Shown here: positions 23,256 through 34,639 of the stretch, one piece after another
How the letters are laid out: every line of letters starts with the position of its first letter
Position numbering within the stretch: the first letter of the stretch is position 1
Source: Selaginella moellendorffii
Lineage: Eukaryota > Plantae > Lycopodiophyta
Length of the DNA: 64,000 bases
Direction of reading: 5' to 3'
Assembly (NCBI RefSeq): GCF_000143415.4
Contig: NW_003314401.1
Location: 124,001-188,000 of the forward strand
Notes under the pieces: generated by a model
What the model was told of the DNA's origin: nothing
What the model saw: the letters and a program-made list of their open reading frames with translations, nothing else
Database searches by the model: none
Position numbers and translations under genes: made by a program

Positions 23256-26022
23256 TTAGGGAGATCCACCAAACCATCCACTGGTGATTCTTGTTCAAAT
23301 CTCGAAGTGTCTTACATGAATCCCTACATTCATTTTCTGCCTTTTATTTTGATTTTTGTGCCAAGAAATGCCAAACTTTTTTTGTAATGTTTTGTAACAA
23401 GTTTTCGCAGCTTTCGTTGGCCACAGTGTCGTCTGCCTAATCTGTCTGCCTCATGCTTCTTGGGGGTCGAGATTGGAAGACGGCCACAGCAATCGTCACA
23501 TCTGCATACTTGCGTTCCTTGTGGTGGGTGTTATATATTGTATATTGTGTACTTTATATTTTACAGGAGATAGGGTTCACCAAAAACAAGACGTAATACT
23601 TTAGCCTGTTATAGATAACAAGCATCATTCGCAACAGTCCATGACCTGTGACATCTTAAGTTACAATTCTTAGCACTATCAATTATTTCTTTTGATGATC
23701 TTTGGGAGGTATGGGAGGATCCCTAATTCCAATTGTGACAGATATGTATTTTTATGTTTATATTAATATAAATATGTACACAATACAATATCCTCTCATC
23801 ACCTACCACAGTTATATATGTATAACTATATTGTACACTTTTATATTCTACAAGGGTCAACAAGAGATCTCACCAATCTTCCTTGCAACTAGCAAGACCA
23901 GACGTACATATTGTCAACACGTGCAACAGGTTGCAGGGGATCAAACAGGAGAAAAGAGAAGATGAGGGACCACAGAGAGAGAAAAATCCATGTACTGCAT
24001 CATAGGTCCCATGCTTCCTATCTGTCACAATACAATTTTTATATTTACTGATAGTAAAGTTTTACTTGTTTATTTATCTGGTTCACTTAGGAAATAAGTT
24101 TTTAAAAACTGTCCACATTTGTAGCGCTCTATTGTCCCTTTCAAGAGGGTCAAAAGGATATTTAGATATTTGATACCTATCCATTCTTTCTCATCTCAAG
24201 GAGCTTGTTAGCTTGCATTTCCACAGCAAAACCAAAACCTTGACCTGCCTCATCGGCTTCATGTTTCATTGGAAGTTTTGGAACGCTCCAGAACATTACT
24301 CCATGATTTTGTAAGATGTAGTTGCAATTGTCATAACTGACAAGCCTGTGCCTTTAGTGCATCTCACATTTCATGTTCCATGGCCTGGATTCTTTGTTAC
24401 AATGGCCTATTGATCTAAACTTAACAATTGGTTCATTATAAGAAAATTTACTATATTTACAGCAAATAAAGTGTGGATAAAAAGGAATAACTATAAAATG
24501 GCAAGAGTTACATGATAACAAAACATTTATTAGCCATCAACTTCAAAAATAGTCAAAATCTCTAAATAGTCCAAATACTTTGACTTTAGCTTATGCTACT
24601 GTGATGAAACAAGTAAGAGGCCAACTTCTCAACCCTTGAAGGTGTTATAGCCTTAAATTCCACAAACTATAGAATATTTTCAAAATATTCCTGTGGTTCG
24701 TGTCACTAGGGAGATCCACCAAACCATACATTGGCAATTCTTGTTCAAATTTCAAAGTGTTTACATTCATTTTCTGCCTTTTATTTGGATTTTTGCACCA
24801 AGAAATGCCAAACCTTTTTTGTAATGTTTTGTAACAAGTTTTCACAGCTTTTGTTGGCCAGAGTGTCATCCACCAAATCTGTCTACCTCATGCTTCTTGG
24901 GGGTTGAGATTGGAAAACGGCCACAGCAATTGTCATATCTGCATACTTGCGTTCCTTGCGGTGGGTGTTATATATTGTATATTGTACAAGAGATAAAGGT
25001 TCACCAAAAACAAGATGCAATACTTTTCTTTTTTTCTGCTGCCATCACTTGTATAAAATCTCTAGCTGGATTGTTTTGTCATCTTAATTTGCAATTCTTA
25101 GCACTGTCCATTGTTTCTTTTTGGTGATCTTTTGTTGGGTTGGGAGGTATGGAGGAGCTTAATTCCAATTGTGACAGATATGTATCTTTATGTTTATATT
25201 AATATAAATATGTACACAATACAATATCCTCTCGTCACCTGCCACAATTATATATGTACAGCTATATTGTACACTTCTATATTCTACAAGGGCCCACAAG
25301 AGATCTCACCAATCTTTCTTGTGACAAGCAAGACCAGACGTACATATTGTCAACACGCACAACAGGTTGTGGGGGATCGAGCACGAATGAAGAGAAGATG
25401 AGGGACCACAGAGAGAAAAAAATCCATGCATTGCAGAATAGGTCCCAGCAATACAATTTTTATATTTACTGACAATAAAGTTTGACTTGTTAAATAAGTT
25501 ATTTATCTGGTCCTACAAGTTTTTAAAAACTGTCCAAAACATATGTAGCACTCTATTGTCCCTTTCAATGATCTTTTGTGGGTCAGAAGGATCTCAATCC
25601 CTCGTATTATGATGTTTTAGACGAATATATATGTATTAAATCTGCACCTTAGACAGATGAGCAGAAATAGCATATTATTGAGAATGTCACTATAAATTCT
25701 ATCCTCAGTGACTTAGTCTTCACAGAAGTTCTTGTGAATCCCTGATCCAATGAGTGTAAACGTGGTGATGCAGGCTAGCACTTGCAGGAGTGGCTTAAGA
25801 TTTTTGAAGCCTATCCATTCTTTCTCATCTCAGGGAGCTTGTCAGCTTGCAGCTCCACAGCAAAACCAAAACCTTGACCTGCCTCATCGGCTTCATGTTT
25901 CATTGGAAGCTTTGGAACGCTCCAGAACATCACTCCATGATTTTGTAAGATGTAGTTGCAATTTCCATGACTGACAACCGCGTGCTTTTAGTGCATCTCA
26001 CATTTCATGTTCCATGGCCTGG
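23256..26022 (+). repeat. Tandem duplication: ~23256-24390 and ~24706-26022
   Basis: Colinear similarity from tagggagatccaccaaacca to catgttccatggcctggat; covers the upstream region and first exons of the 25750 gene. Confidence 0.85.
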
Positions 26023-27034
26023 ATCCCAGCAACCACGAACACAACTTCAAGTACTTGCCAGTTCTTGCTTTCACGGAGGCTTATGTGTATGAGGTCTGTA
26101 ATTCCAAGAGCCCTATGGATAATCTGAATTGTTATGGGCACAGGTCGATGTAGAATACGAGAAAGCTCTCAAGAAAATGCAGGATATCCATGACCCAGTC
26201 AATGACGTGGATCCCTTTTATGGACTTAAACTGGAACTCGCGGCTCGAAATCTCTGGACGGATAGGTACGTCTGATGTCCATTCAACTGGCTCAATCATT
26301 GCTTGAAACAATGCAGGATGGCAAATGAACTTTTGAAAGGATGCCATTACTTGAAACTAGAGCAATCCATTTGTCGTTCCGGTCCAGAAGATCAAATTTC
26401 AATCCTAGATGCTCGCAGAGCTTTGGAGTTCAAATCAGCCGACTACAAGTTGCTCAACCTCTTGCTTTACAAAATGAGGGGAGAAGAGGTGAATGAGTTC
26501 CACTTCTGCTTTCTAGAGTTGTCAAATCTTCTTGTGGAGCTAGCAGATAACTTGTAAGTGATCCCCGTGGATTTGTTGTCTGATTAACTTCCTTTTATAT
26601 ATATATATGCAGGTCTGATTACGAGGTGAGTTACAAAAGGCTTTAATGATTTCCCCTGCGGATGATGAATATAGGAGGACGTCAAAGACAACTCATTCAA
26701 CATAGTGCGCGTGTTTTACAAAGTTTATGGACCAAAACTCGGTTCACAAATGCTGGTACGTTGGCAGCTGGCTTTGATTTTAACTCGTATTGTTCTACAG
26801 GCTGAGTACATTTCCGCTGTTAAACTACGGTTTGAAGAAAAACTAAACAAGCTAGAGCCGGAGCTGAGAGAAAAGTTCCCAATTCGTTATCAAGAGGAGC
26901 TTTCGAGAGGTACTAACGAGTTTCGATATAACTCCTTGATTGGTTGTGTTCTAGGCAAAAGCATTGCGGAAATCTGGGAAGTGCCCCCATTTATCGATGA
27001 GACACCTTATAGCGCTTTGGTATCAAGCAAATGA
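25750..27034 (+). CDS. Uncharacterised protein with acidic motif ELADNLSDYEEDVKDNSFN (possible isoprenoid-synthase fold), 7 exons
   Basis: GT-AG exons ~25750-25944, 25992-26093, 26144-26265, 26317-26553, 26613-26625, 26675-26755, 26801-27034 join into an open frame (FMFHGLD..KYLPVLAFTEAYVYE..KSADYKLLNLLLY). Confidence 0.7.
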
Positions 27035-27144
27035 TACAATAAACCAGGTAATATGGGTTTGAAAGGTCGACAAAAGCAAATAAAATCTCATACTAGAACA
27101 TAAATTCTTTCTAGGACATTCTAGGACTCTTTTCTCGTACACTA

Positions 27145-27480
27145 GGTGTGGATCTTCCGTGGTACTCCTCTCCATCAGTCTCAAAGCTTCACGAAACAAA
27201 TCTGCCGATGCTTCATTGTCGCCCGTGACTATTGTTCCGTATGAAAAAGGCTACAAAGTTATCATACCCGTCATGTACTTTGCTTGCGCCAATGCCGACA
27301 TTACAGCTCCAACCCATCTATCACTGGGTTTCTCCTTTGCAAGCTAAAGAGCCCTGAAGAAGAAACAAAACAAATGTGAGAGACAACTTCACCGTGACTC
27401 AACGTTTTGTCAACGTGCGACGGTGAGCTGGAGCGGGAGAACCAAAATCTGGCTGTCCAACCAATACTGCAATCGCTGAA
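27145..27480 (-). pseudogene. Fragment of TPR gene (duplicate of ~10403-10797)
   Basis: Direct nucleotide similarity including intron remnants, with many deletions. Confidence 0.85.
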
Positions 27481-28109
27481 TAAACGAACAATCACATTAA
27501 AGTGGAATTTTAAAAAATACCATAATAAAATTGTCTTAAACCCTTTAACCCTTTCCTTGGAGTGGGCGGACGAAAACTGACGTAAGTTCACCCAGTTATT
27601 CACGGTCTGTATTCCTAAGGTCTGTGTATCATGAACTTATTTCAGGTCCGAAACACAGCCAGCAGTGGAAAGAAGGGAGGCAAGAAGGAGGATCAGAACG
27701 TTCTCACGAACTGTGGGTAAGAGATGTTTTTTTCCTCCTTTTGTGCTAGCTTCAGTGTCTAGATTGCAGCATGCAGGAAGTGGCAGATGTAATGCAGCCT
27801 CAAGACGTAGGAGTCGTGATGAGAAGTTCAATCGCTGCCACGACGTGGTTTCCTGGACGAAATGCTTCTCAAAGGATGACAGGATCGAGGAGATAGCGAG
27901 ATCATATATTCTGATCCGGCGAGACGCCCAAGGGAGCAAGAGCATGGAGCGGGAGAGTGGGGTCTTAGGGTGAGGTGCCTGACCTCGGGTGTCCGAGCTT
28001 AGCCCGGGTACCGCGATCAAAATTCTTCCAAAACTTCTTTGGATTCTCTCGAATTTTTACAAAGTAAGTTTTGATGGAACTTTTATATGATCCCCTCAAC
28101 TAAGGGTCC

Positions 28110-28435
28110 AATCGAACTCTCCATCCTGAGGGTATACAAAAAGACTGTCACGATTATTGAGGTTCATAATCCCATCCTCGAGGATACATTTCCACTTGCT
28201 CTTTGATCTAGTTACCTGCAAAGACAAAGTCAACTCCATCTCTAACTTCAGACAACCAAACCTTCTCAAACTGCGCTACTACGAGATGACTTATCTTTGG
28301 CTCCTCTCCAGTTTGATCGATGTTGTTTAACTCGTCCTCCTCATCGTCATCTTGTTCATTCAAGGGAGGCTCTGATCCTTCGGATTCCACACCTTCCACT
28401 TGTGTTCCTGTCGCTACCAATTCTCGTTAGCCGGT
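28110..28435 (-). pseudogene. Fragment of TFIIA large subunit 3' exons (duplicate of ~11825-12205)
   Basis: QVEGVESEGSEPPLNEQDDDEEDELN..HLVVAQFEKV near-identical to the 12011-12200 region. Confidence 0.88.
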
Positions 28436-28489
28436 TCTTCTGTCGGTTACAATGTGCCTGGCGACGAAGGTTCACAGTCGTATCCACAG

Positions 28490-29900
28490 TATGACTCGAA
28501 ACAGCTCCACGCCGCGGGGTTGTGGCCGTTCTGTGCGTACGCCGCGGCCGTCTGGATCAAGCTTGGGAGATTTTCGTGACCATGCAGCAGCAGCAGCGTC
28601 ACTGCTGGAACGCGATGATGGTGGCATTTGCCATACATGCCGATCGAGTTTCCGTTGTTCGAGCAGCCAGCAGCCAAGCTTTCGTGAATCTTTGCCTGCC
28701 GGACAGAAGACACGTTACATCCCCCCAGCGCGGCCCATTGTCGCAAACAGCTCCAGTGCTTGCCTGGATCAAGCCCGTGATCGCAGCATTCCAAGCCGGG
28801 ACCTCTCGGCAAGGAATCCTGTCCAGCACTTGTCCGGAATGCCCGAGAAGACTTGTATGGACGTGCCCGAGCTGAGCATATGCGGCTATCATCCCAGTCC
28901 AAGTCACTAGTAGCCTGTCAAAAAGAGATTTTGCGTCGTCAAGCAGACAATTGGCGTGGATCATGGCATTGCTCGTGTGTAACAAGTCCAGTGCTTCGCT
29001 CACGCAGTCGTTCTGGGTAGGCCTGGAGCATGGAATTCCACGAGACCACACTCTTTCGAAACAAAGTCTCGCCTCCTTCACGTTTCCAGCTCGGGCTCAC
29101 CATCGCAGTAAACGTTAGAACGTCTCTCGCGAGAACCGTCTCTTCAAACACGAACTTTGCGCTCCCGAACGCAGCCCAGGAAACACCATTCCGGAAGCTC
29201 ATCCGGAATGGTGTTTCCTGGGCTGCGTTCATCAGCTCTCGTGCCCCCGTGATGCGCATGAGATTGGAATTCCAGGCCATGTCATTGTGTTGTGGCATCT
29301 TTCCAGCAAACCAACCGCCTCATCGAGAGCTTGCAGATGCAAAAGCCCCTCAAGCATAACCATTGTGTGGAACAAGTTGGCGGCTTTGCCACGATAACCC
29401 TTCTGAGCACAGCATACCCGTAAGAGTGCCCTCAAACAAAAGCCAAGCCTCGTAGAGAAATCCACTGCTGCACCATTGCGTTCCAAGAGATGGTGCTTAG
29501 TATGCCGTATGTGGTGATATCACAACCGTTCCAAGACACAACGTCCCACACGGGCATCGCATCCAACACCTTCTTTTCCTTTGAAACGGCGAGCACGCGG
29601 GCATGAGTCCCCGTCCACGAGTCGGGCATGATCAGGTTGCCCAGTCCGGGTATATGCTGCAATGAGAGGATTTGAGGCGTACATGCTCTTGTGTGGAATC
29701 TGCTCAAACAGTTGCCTCGTCTCGTCCATGTGATTCCACGAGACCGTGTCAAAAACGAGTCAAACAATCCCTGGCGTAGCTGACGCAGCCGTTGCGGACG
29801 AGCGCCGCGATGATCGTGTTGTAGGAGAAGGAATTGGGCTGCTGGATGCTTCGATCCAGCCAACACTGCCGCCTATGTCTTACTCGCAAACATCCACTCG
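28490..29900 (-). pseudogene. Rearranged, largely inverted, deleted copy of the 16433 PPR gene
   Basis: Peptides MPQHNDMAWNS, ARDVLTFTAMV, DAMPVWDVVSWN shared with the 16433 ORF; multiple frameshifts. Confidence 0.88.
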
Positions 29901-29948
29901 AATAACTTCATCGCCCAGGTGGATCTCGTTTCCAAGCCCTATCAAGGA

Positions 29949-31613
29949 ATGGAGACGGGGCACAGCCGCGTTTCGGCCATAGCTCGCCATCTTCAAGCTG
30001 CGACGACGGTGAGTCGCTCTCCTGGCGCTGCTACTGACTTTGTTTGCTTCTAGAGCATTGATCGTGACAACACAAGTTCCTGCGGTCTTCCGGTGGTTGT
30101 CGGTGCCATGGTAGCGGACATCCAATCCTTTCCCTCCACTCAGCTCAGTCGTGGCACAACAGTCGTCGGCCAGGTATCTCCCCGAAACAAAAAATCTCCA
30201 CTGAAGTGTTTGTCCTTTTGGTGACTATGGTTCTTGCAGGTCAAGTACAGCCATGGTGGAGTCGGGAGAAATGTGGCCGAGTGCATGGCCAAGCTCGGAG
30301 TGCCTTCGTTTCTCATCAGTATCGTCGGGGACGACATTGCTGGTTAAAGATGCTATGATCTTTCCCAAGTTCTTCTAAACTTTGAGATTTCTGCCTAGGA
30401 AATGCTCTGGTGGATCACTGGAAGTCTCTGGGCTTAACGACAAACGGTAGTAGCACGCTCTTGGTTTTGCTCACAGTGAAGGTTTCCAGGCATTCGAAGG
30501 TGTTGTGGAGCAGCCACGCCAGTCATCTCTATCGCTTTCGACACCACGGGCGAAGTCGCTGCTGGTGTAGCCGACACTGGAACAGTTGTGAGTATGTCAG
30601 TGCTTTCTTCTCCTGATCAAGCTTCCAGGAGAAACACCTGACCCCGGACTGGATCTCGCAATTCTCGACCATCATCCAAGCAGCACCGGTTGTGTTACTG
30701 GATGCCAACCTCACTCCCGAGTCACTGGAAACAGCTTGCAAGTGTAAGTAGTCATCCACTTCTCATAAATCATCAATTGCTAACGGAGAAACTCCAGTGG
30801 CGGAGCAAGCAGAGGTTCCGGTGTGGTTCGAGCCAGTATCAGTTTCCAAGTCCGTCAGGGCTGCTGGCCTCTACAAATACGTAAGTTGTATCTTATCATT
30901 CACGAGCTGTGGCTCACAAAGGCTTCTTTTCTTTCTTTTTTTCTCCAGCTTGCTTACGTATCGCCAAACGAGAAAGAACTGGCTGCTATGGGAGAATCAC
31001 TATCGAGTCTTGATACTGCTCCAGTTCCTAGTGGCTGGAGCAAGGAGCAGCGCTACATCCATCTCCTCCTCCAGGCAGGCGTCAAGCATGTTATTGTGAC
31101 GCTGGGCAGCAAAGGCTCGCTAGCTTGCACGCTGGAGTCTGCAAGGTAGCTCTTGCTTTTCCTTGACTATGGAAGCTTTGATCGTGATCGTGATCTTGGG
31201 CATTGCAGCGGCAGTAGCTTCTCAATCCGCTGCCTTCACGTTCCAGCGGCGGCGGCTCGAGTGGCGAGCTTGAGCGGCGCTGGAGACTGCCTGGTGGCTG
31301 GATGCATCGCGTGGTTGGCGACGAGAGGGGACGGCGACGTGTTGGGATGCGTCACCCATGGCACCGCTGTGGCCAAACAAGCCGTGGAGTCGCACCTCAA
31401 CGTCCCCGACGTGATCTCGCGGCAGGATCTTTGGAGTAAGTTTTTTCTTTCACGTGTTGCGAGAGCGATGGATGTTCTTCGTTCTATGAGCTTGGCATTG
31501 ATCTCACCTATGGTGGCGCAGGCGATGGCGATGCTGCGCGGAGCATGGCGCGAGAATTATCGTTAGATGGCGGGATATTCGTGGAGCATATGCCGGGGGA
31601 CAGGAGACCCTAG
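29949..31613 (+). CDS. PUKI: PfkB-family pseudouridine kinase with N-terminal PTS2
   Basis: GGVGRNVAECMAKLG, VWFEPVSVSKS, SLSGAGDCLVAG; N-term RVSAIARHL fits PTS2; multi-exon, stop position inferred from last intron. Confidence 0.8.
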
Positions 31614-31825
31614 TGTGTCCCGGCGGTGGAGGTGGGCGAAGGCGCGGTGCGTGGAAAAAGACCCATCCCATGGCGTGCAATCGACGCTAGCGCTAGAAGA
31701 GGTAGCTTCCACTGTAGCGAGCTGGGAGGAGGGGGAGGAGAGAATGCGAGGAGGATGCCCGTGGGATGAGAGGAGGGATTGCTTCGTCTTGGGTGGAAGT
31801 GGGAGTGGGAGGATTCTCCTCCATC

Positions 31826-34135
31826 ATGCCGCCCACGCTGAGAAGTATGCCTCCGCCGCCACAGAGAGTCATGAGCGGCGCTCGCGTGCTAAGATCGCTC
31901 CGCAAGCTCGCCGCCTACTGCAGTTTGATGGCCTTCTCCTGCCTGCTCGTTGTCAAGCTCGGCTCCCCCACCTCCTCGGCTCCTCCGCATCGTCACGATC
32001 TCTTCTTCCATTTGTCTTGGTGGTGAGTTCTCTCAAGCAAGATAAGTTTCTTTCTTCTGAGCTCTCTCGCTCTCTCTCAGGTGGGTGTTTCTTCCACTGT
32101 GGGTGTTTCATGGGATAGTTTCTAGGGGGAGGTTCTCCGTTCCGGCACCATCTCCACCTCATGATAGGCATGTACGTGTTGCTTGTTCTTGCGGGAATTC
32201 CCTTGGCTTTTTCTTCACTGATGGTTCCCTTTTCTTTCTCGCGGGTGTAGTGGGCTCCTTGTCATGCTGTTGTTGCCATCCCGCTGCTTGTTGCATTTGA
32301 GCTCCTCTTGTGCTCCTACCTTCATAGCCGCGAAGGTAAAAACTCTCGCTTTGGAAGTACTACTAGTTTTTCTACGAGCCCCGGAAAGACGCAAGTGTTT
32401 CCTTCACCGCTTTGGTTTTTTCTTTTTTCCTGTGGTGCAGTGTATGCGGAGCCGCTGTTGAGCCTCAAGCTTGTCTTCGTGCCATTGCTGGGTCTTGAAC
32501 TCCTGATTTTAATTGATAACTTCAGGTACTAAAGTTGTCCTTTCTTCTCATTTGACTTCTTTTTTGTGCAGGATGTGCAGGGCTCTGATGCCGGCAGACG
32601 AAGAAAGTTTAACTGATGATATAATCTGGGAAACACTTCCGGTAAGTTTCCAAAGGGTCTACTTCTCTGCGCTAATTCTGTGCCTCGACAGCATTTTTGG
32701 ATATCTGTTTCGATGGTCTTCTTTGTGGCTGCGACCGTTCTTACCTTGTTAAAATTAACTGGTAAAAGATTTTCGGTATCAGTACTTGGAATTTTCACTC
32801 CTTGTCCGCGTAGGGGATTTTGAATCGCTTGGCTGGTGGGACTTGTTCATAAACTACGCGTAAGCGTTGCATTTGCATTGTTTATAGCCTTTGCTAATGC
32901 TTATTGCTGCTCAGTATTGCCGAGTGTTTCTCCTTCCTGGTCTGCACCAAATGGACCAACACTTCGATTCGGGGATCTCTGTCATCATCCTCATCGTCTT
33001 CCAGTAAGCCGCTGGAAAGAGACGAATCTCTTTGCAGTGCATCTTCCACATCAATCGTACTTGAGGACGAAGGCATCGAAGCCGGCTTTTGTGGGAAGGA
33101 GGACATAGGGGGACATTTGTTGAAAGCGCCAGTATTGATATCGCAGATCTTACTGTGTATGAAGCTCGAGGTAAGACTTTCTTTTCTTATCCGTCAACAA
33201 AGATAGCAAGCAAAGCTGACTATCTTTTGTATTCTTTTCAGGGAACTCCAGCAGGAGCAGTAAACATTCCAGTGGGTGTTGTTCTGATGCCGCTGATGGT
33301 CGTGCAAGGCTTGGCTATTCTTCTTACAGTTTTGCGTGTCGTGGAAAGGCTCCTCGTGCTAATGCACGTAGGTGACGAGTCGCAGAGCTCGCTGAACATC
33401 TTCTCCCAGGTGCAGGAATTCTTTGGTTTTGTTCACCATGGCTCAAGGTTAGTCATCTATATAGAGTTCTCTGTTCCTTGACAATTCATGGCCTTTGAGC
33501 AGGCTTCTTGGGTGGTGGTCCATTGATGAAAAGAGTAAAGAAGAACAAGTCCGGCTCTTATCTGCGAGCTCGTCGGGGTAAAACAAGAAAATCAACTGTC
33601 TTGGCTCTGGTTTCTTTGTTGGCATTTATGCATGATTTGTACTTCCAGGTACTACACATTTACTGGCCCTCCGCCCGATGTTGTCAAGAAAATGGCTCGG
33701 AAAGACCTTGCTGAAGAGGTAATTTGCGCTTGTTTTCTCCAGTGCCCGACTCACTGTGGCTTTTACGCAGATATGGAGGCTTCAAGCTGCTCTGGGGGAG
33801 CAAACACGAATAGCCAAGCATCAGCAGCACGAGTTTGACCGCCTGCAGAGCGTACGGCCTTCCTCCTTTTCACTACATTATATGTGATTTATGTGTAGCT
33901 TGACTGGCTTTTGCTCTTGGCCCTGCAGGAGAAAGTGCTTTGCCGGGTGTGCTTTGAGCGTGACATAGCCGTGGTGTTACTCCCGTGTAAACATCGAGTC
34001 CTTTGCAGGTTTGTGTTTGAATTCCGTTGTGGTGGCGTGACGGGCTTTGTTGGCAGCTTGTGCTCCGAAAGATGCAAACACTGCCCGATATGCAGAAGTT
34101 ACATCGGGGATCGCCTGTCCGTGTATGATGTATAG
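31826..34135 (+). CDS. Transmembrane Fragile-X-F (TMEM185-like) domain RING-HC E3 ligase
   Basis: WWVFLPLWVFHGIVSRGRFSVPAPSPPHDRHWAPCH; C-term CRVCFERDIAVVLLPCKHRVLC..CKHCPICR. Confidence 0.85.
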
Positions 34136-34639
34136 CGTAACATGGTGGCTCGGCTGGTTCGTGGCCAGCATAGAAGTCCCTGCTAGCATCAGGAACCGTC
34201 CAACTTGAATGTGAAATGGTGCGCACCCAAGCAGGGAAATCCACATCGTCGAGCCCGGCTGAGCAGCACAGTAGAAGCAGCAGATTTGTTTATATCCATC
34301 CATCCGTCAACATAGATATACACCCCTTGCCTCTTAGTGATAGTTTTTTATGTTTGAAGCACGGGCATCCAGCTGATTTGCAGACAAAGCAAAGCAAAGA
34401 AGACGCCGACTGGAAAGTACATTATGCATTATGCCAATAACCCAATGATCTTTCACGTTCAAATCGGATTGCTATAGGTAGTTAAGAACATCCAGTGTGC
34501 AGGGCAACACACAAACTCTACCCTTGCAAAACTAGATAATTTATCTTGTCTTGCTGTCTTGCTGAACTCCAGTATATAGCTTGAAGCTGCACAGTGTTAC
34601 TGCCCAAAATAGAATCTAAGAATTATAGAAAAGGGGGAC

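Noticed and set aside
27637-28020. ORFs on both strands inside the decayed duplicate
   Set aside because: No recognisable motif or match elsewhere in the window
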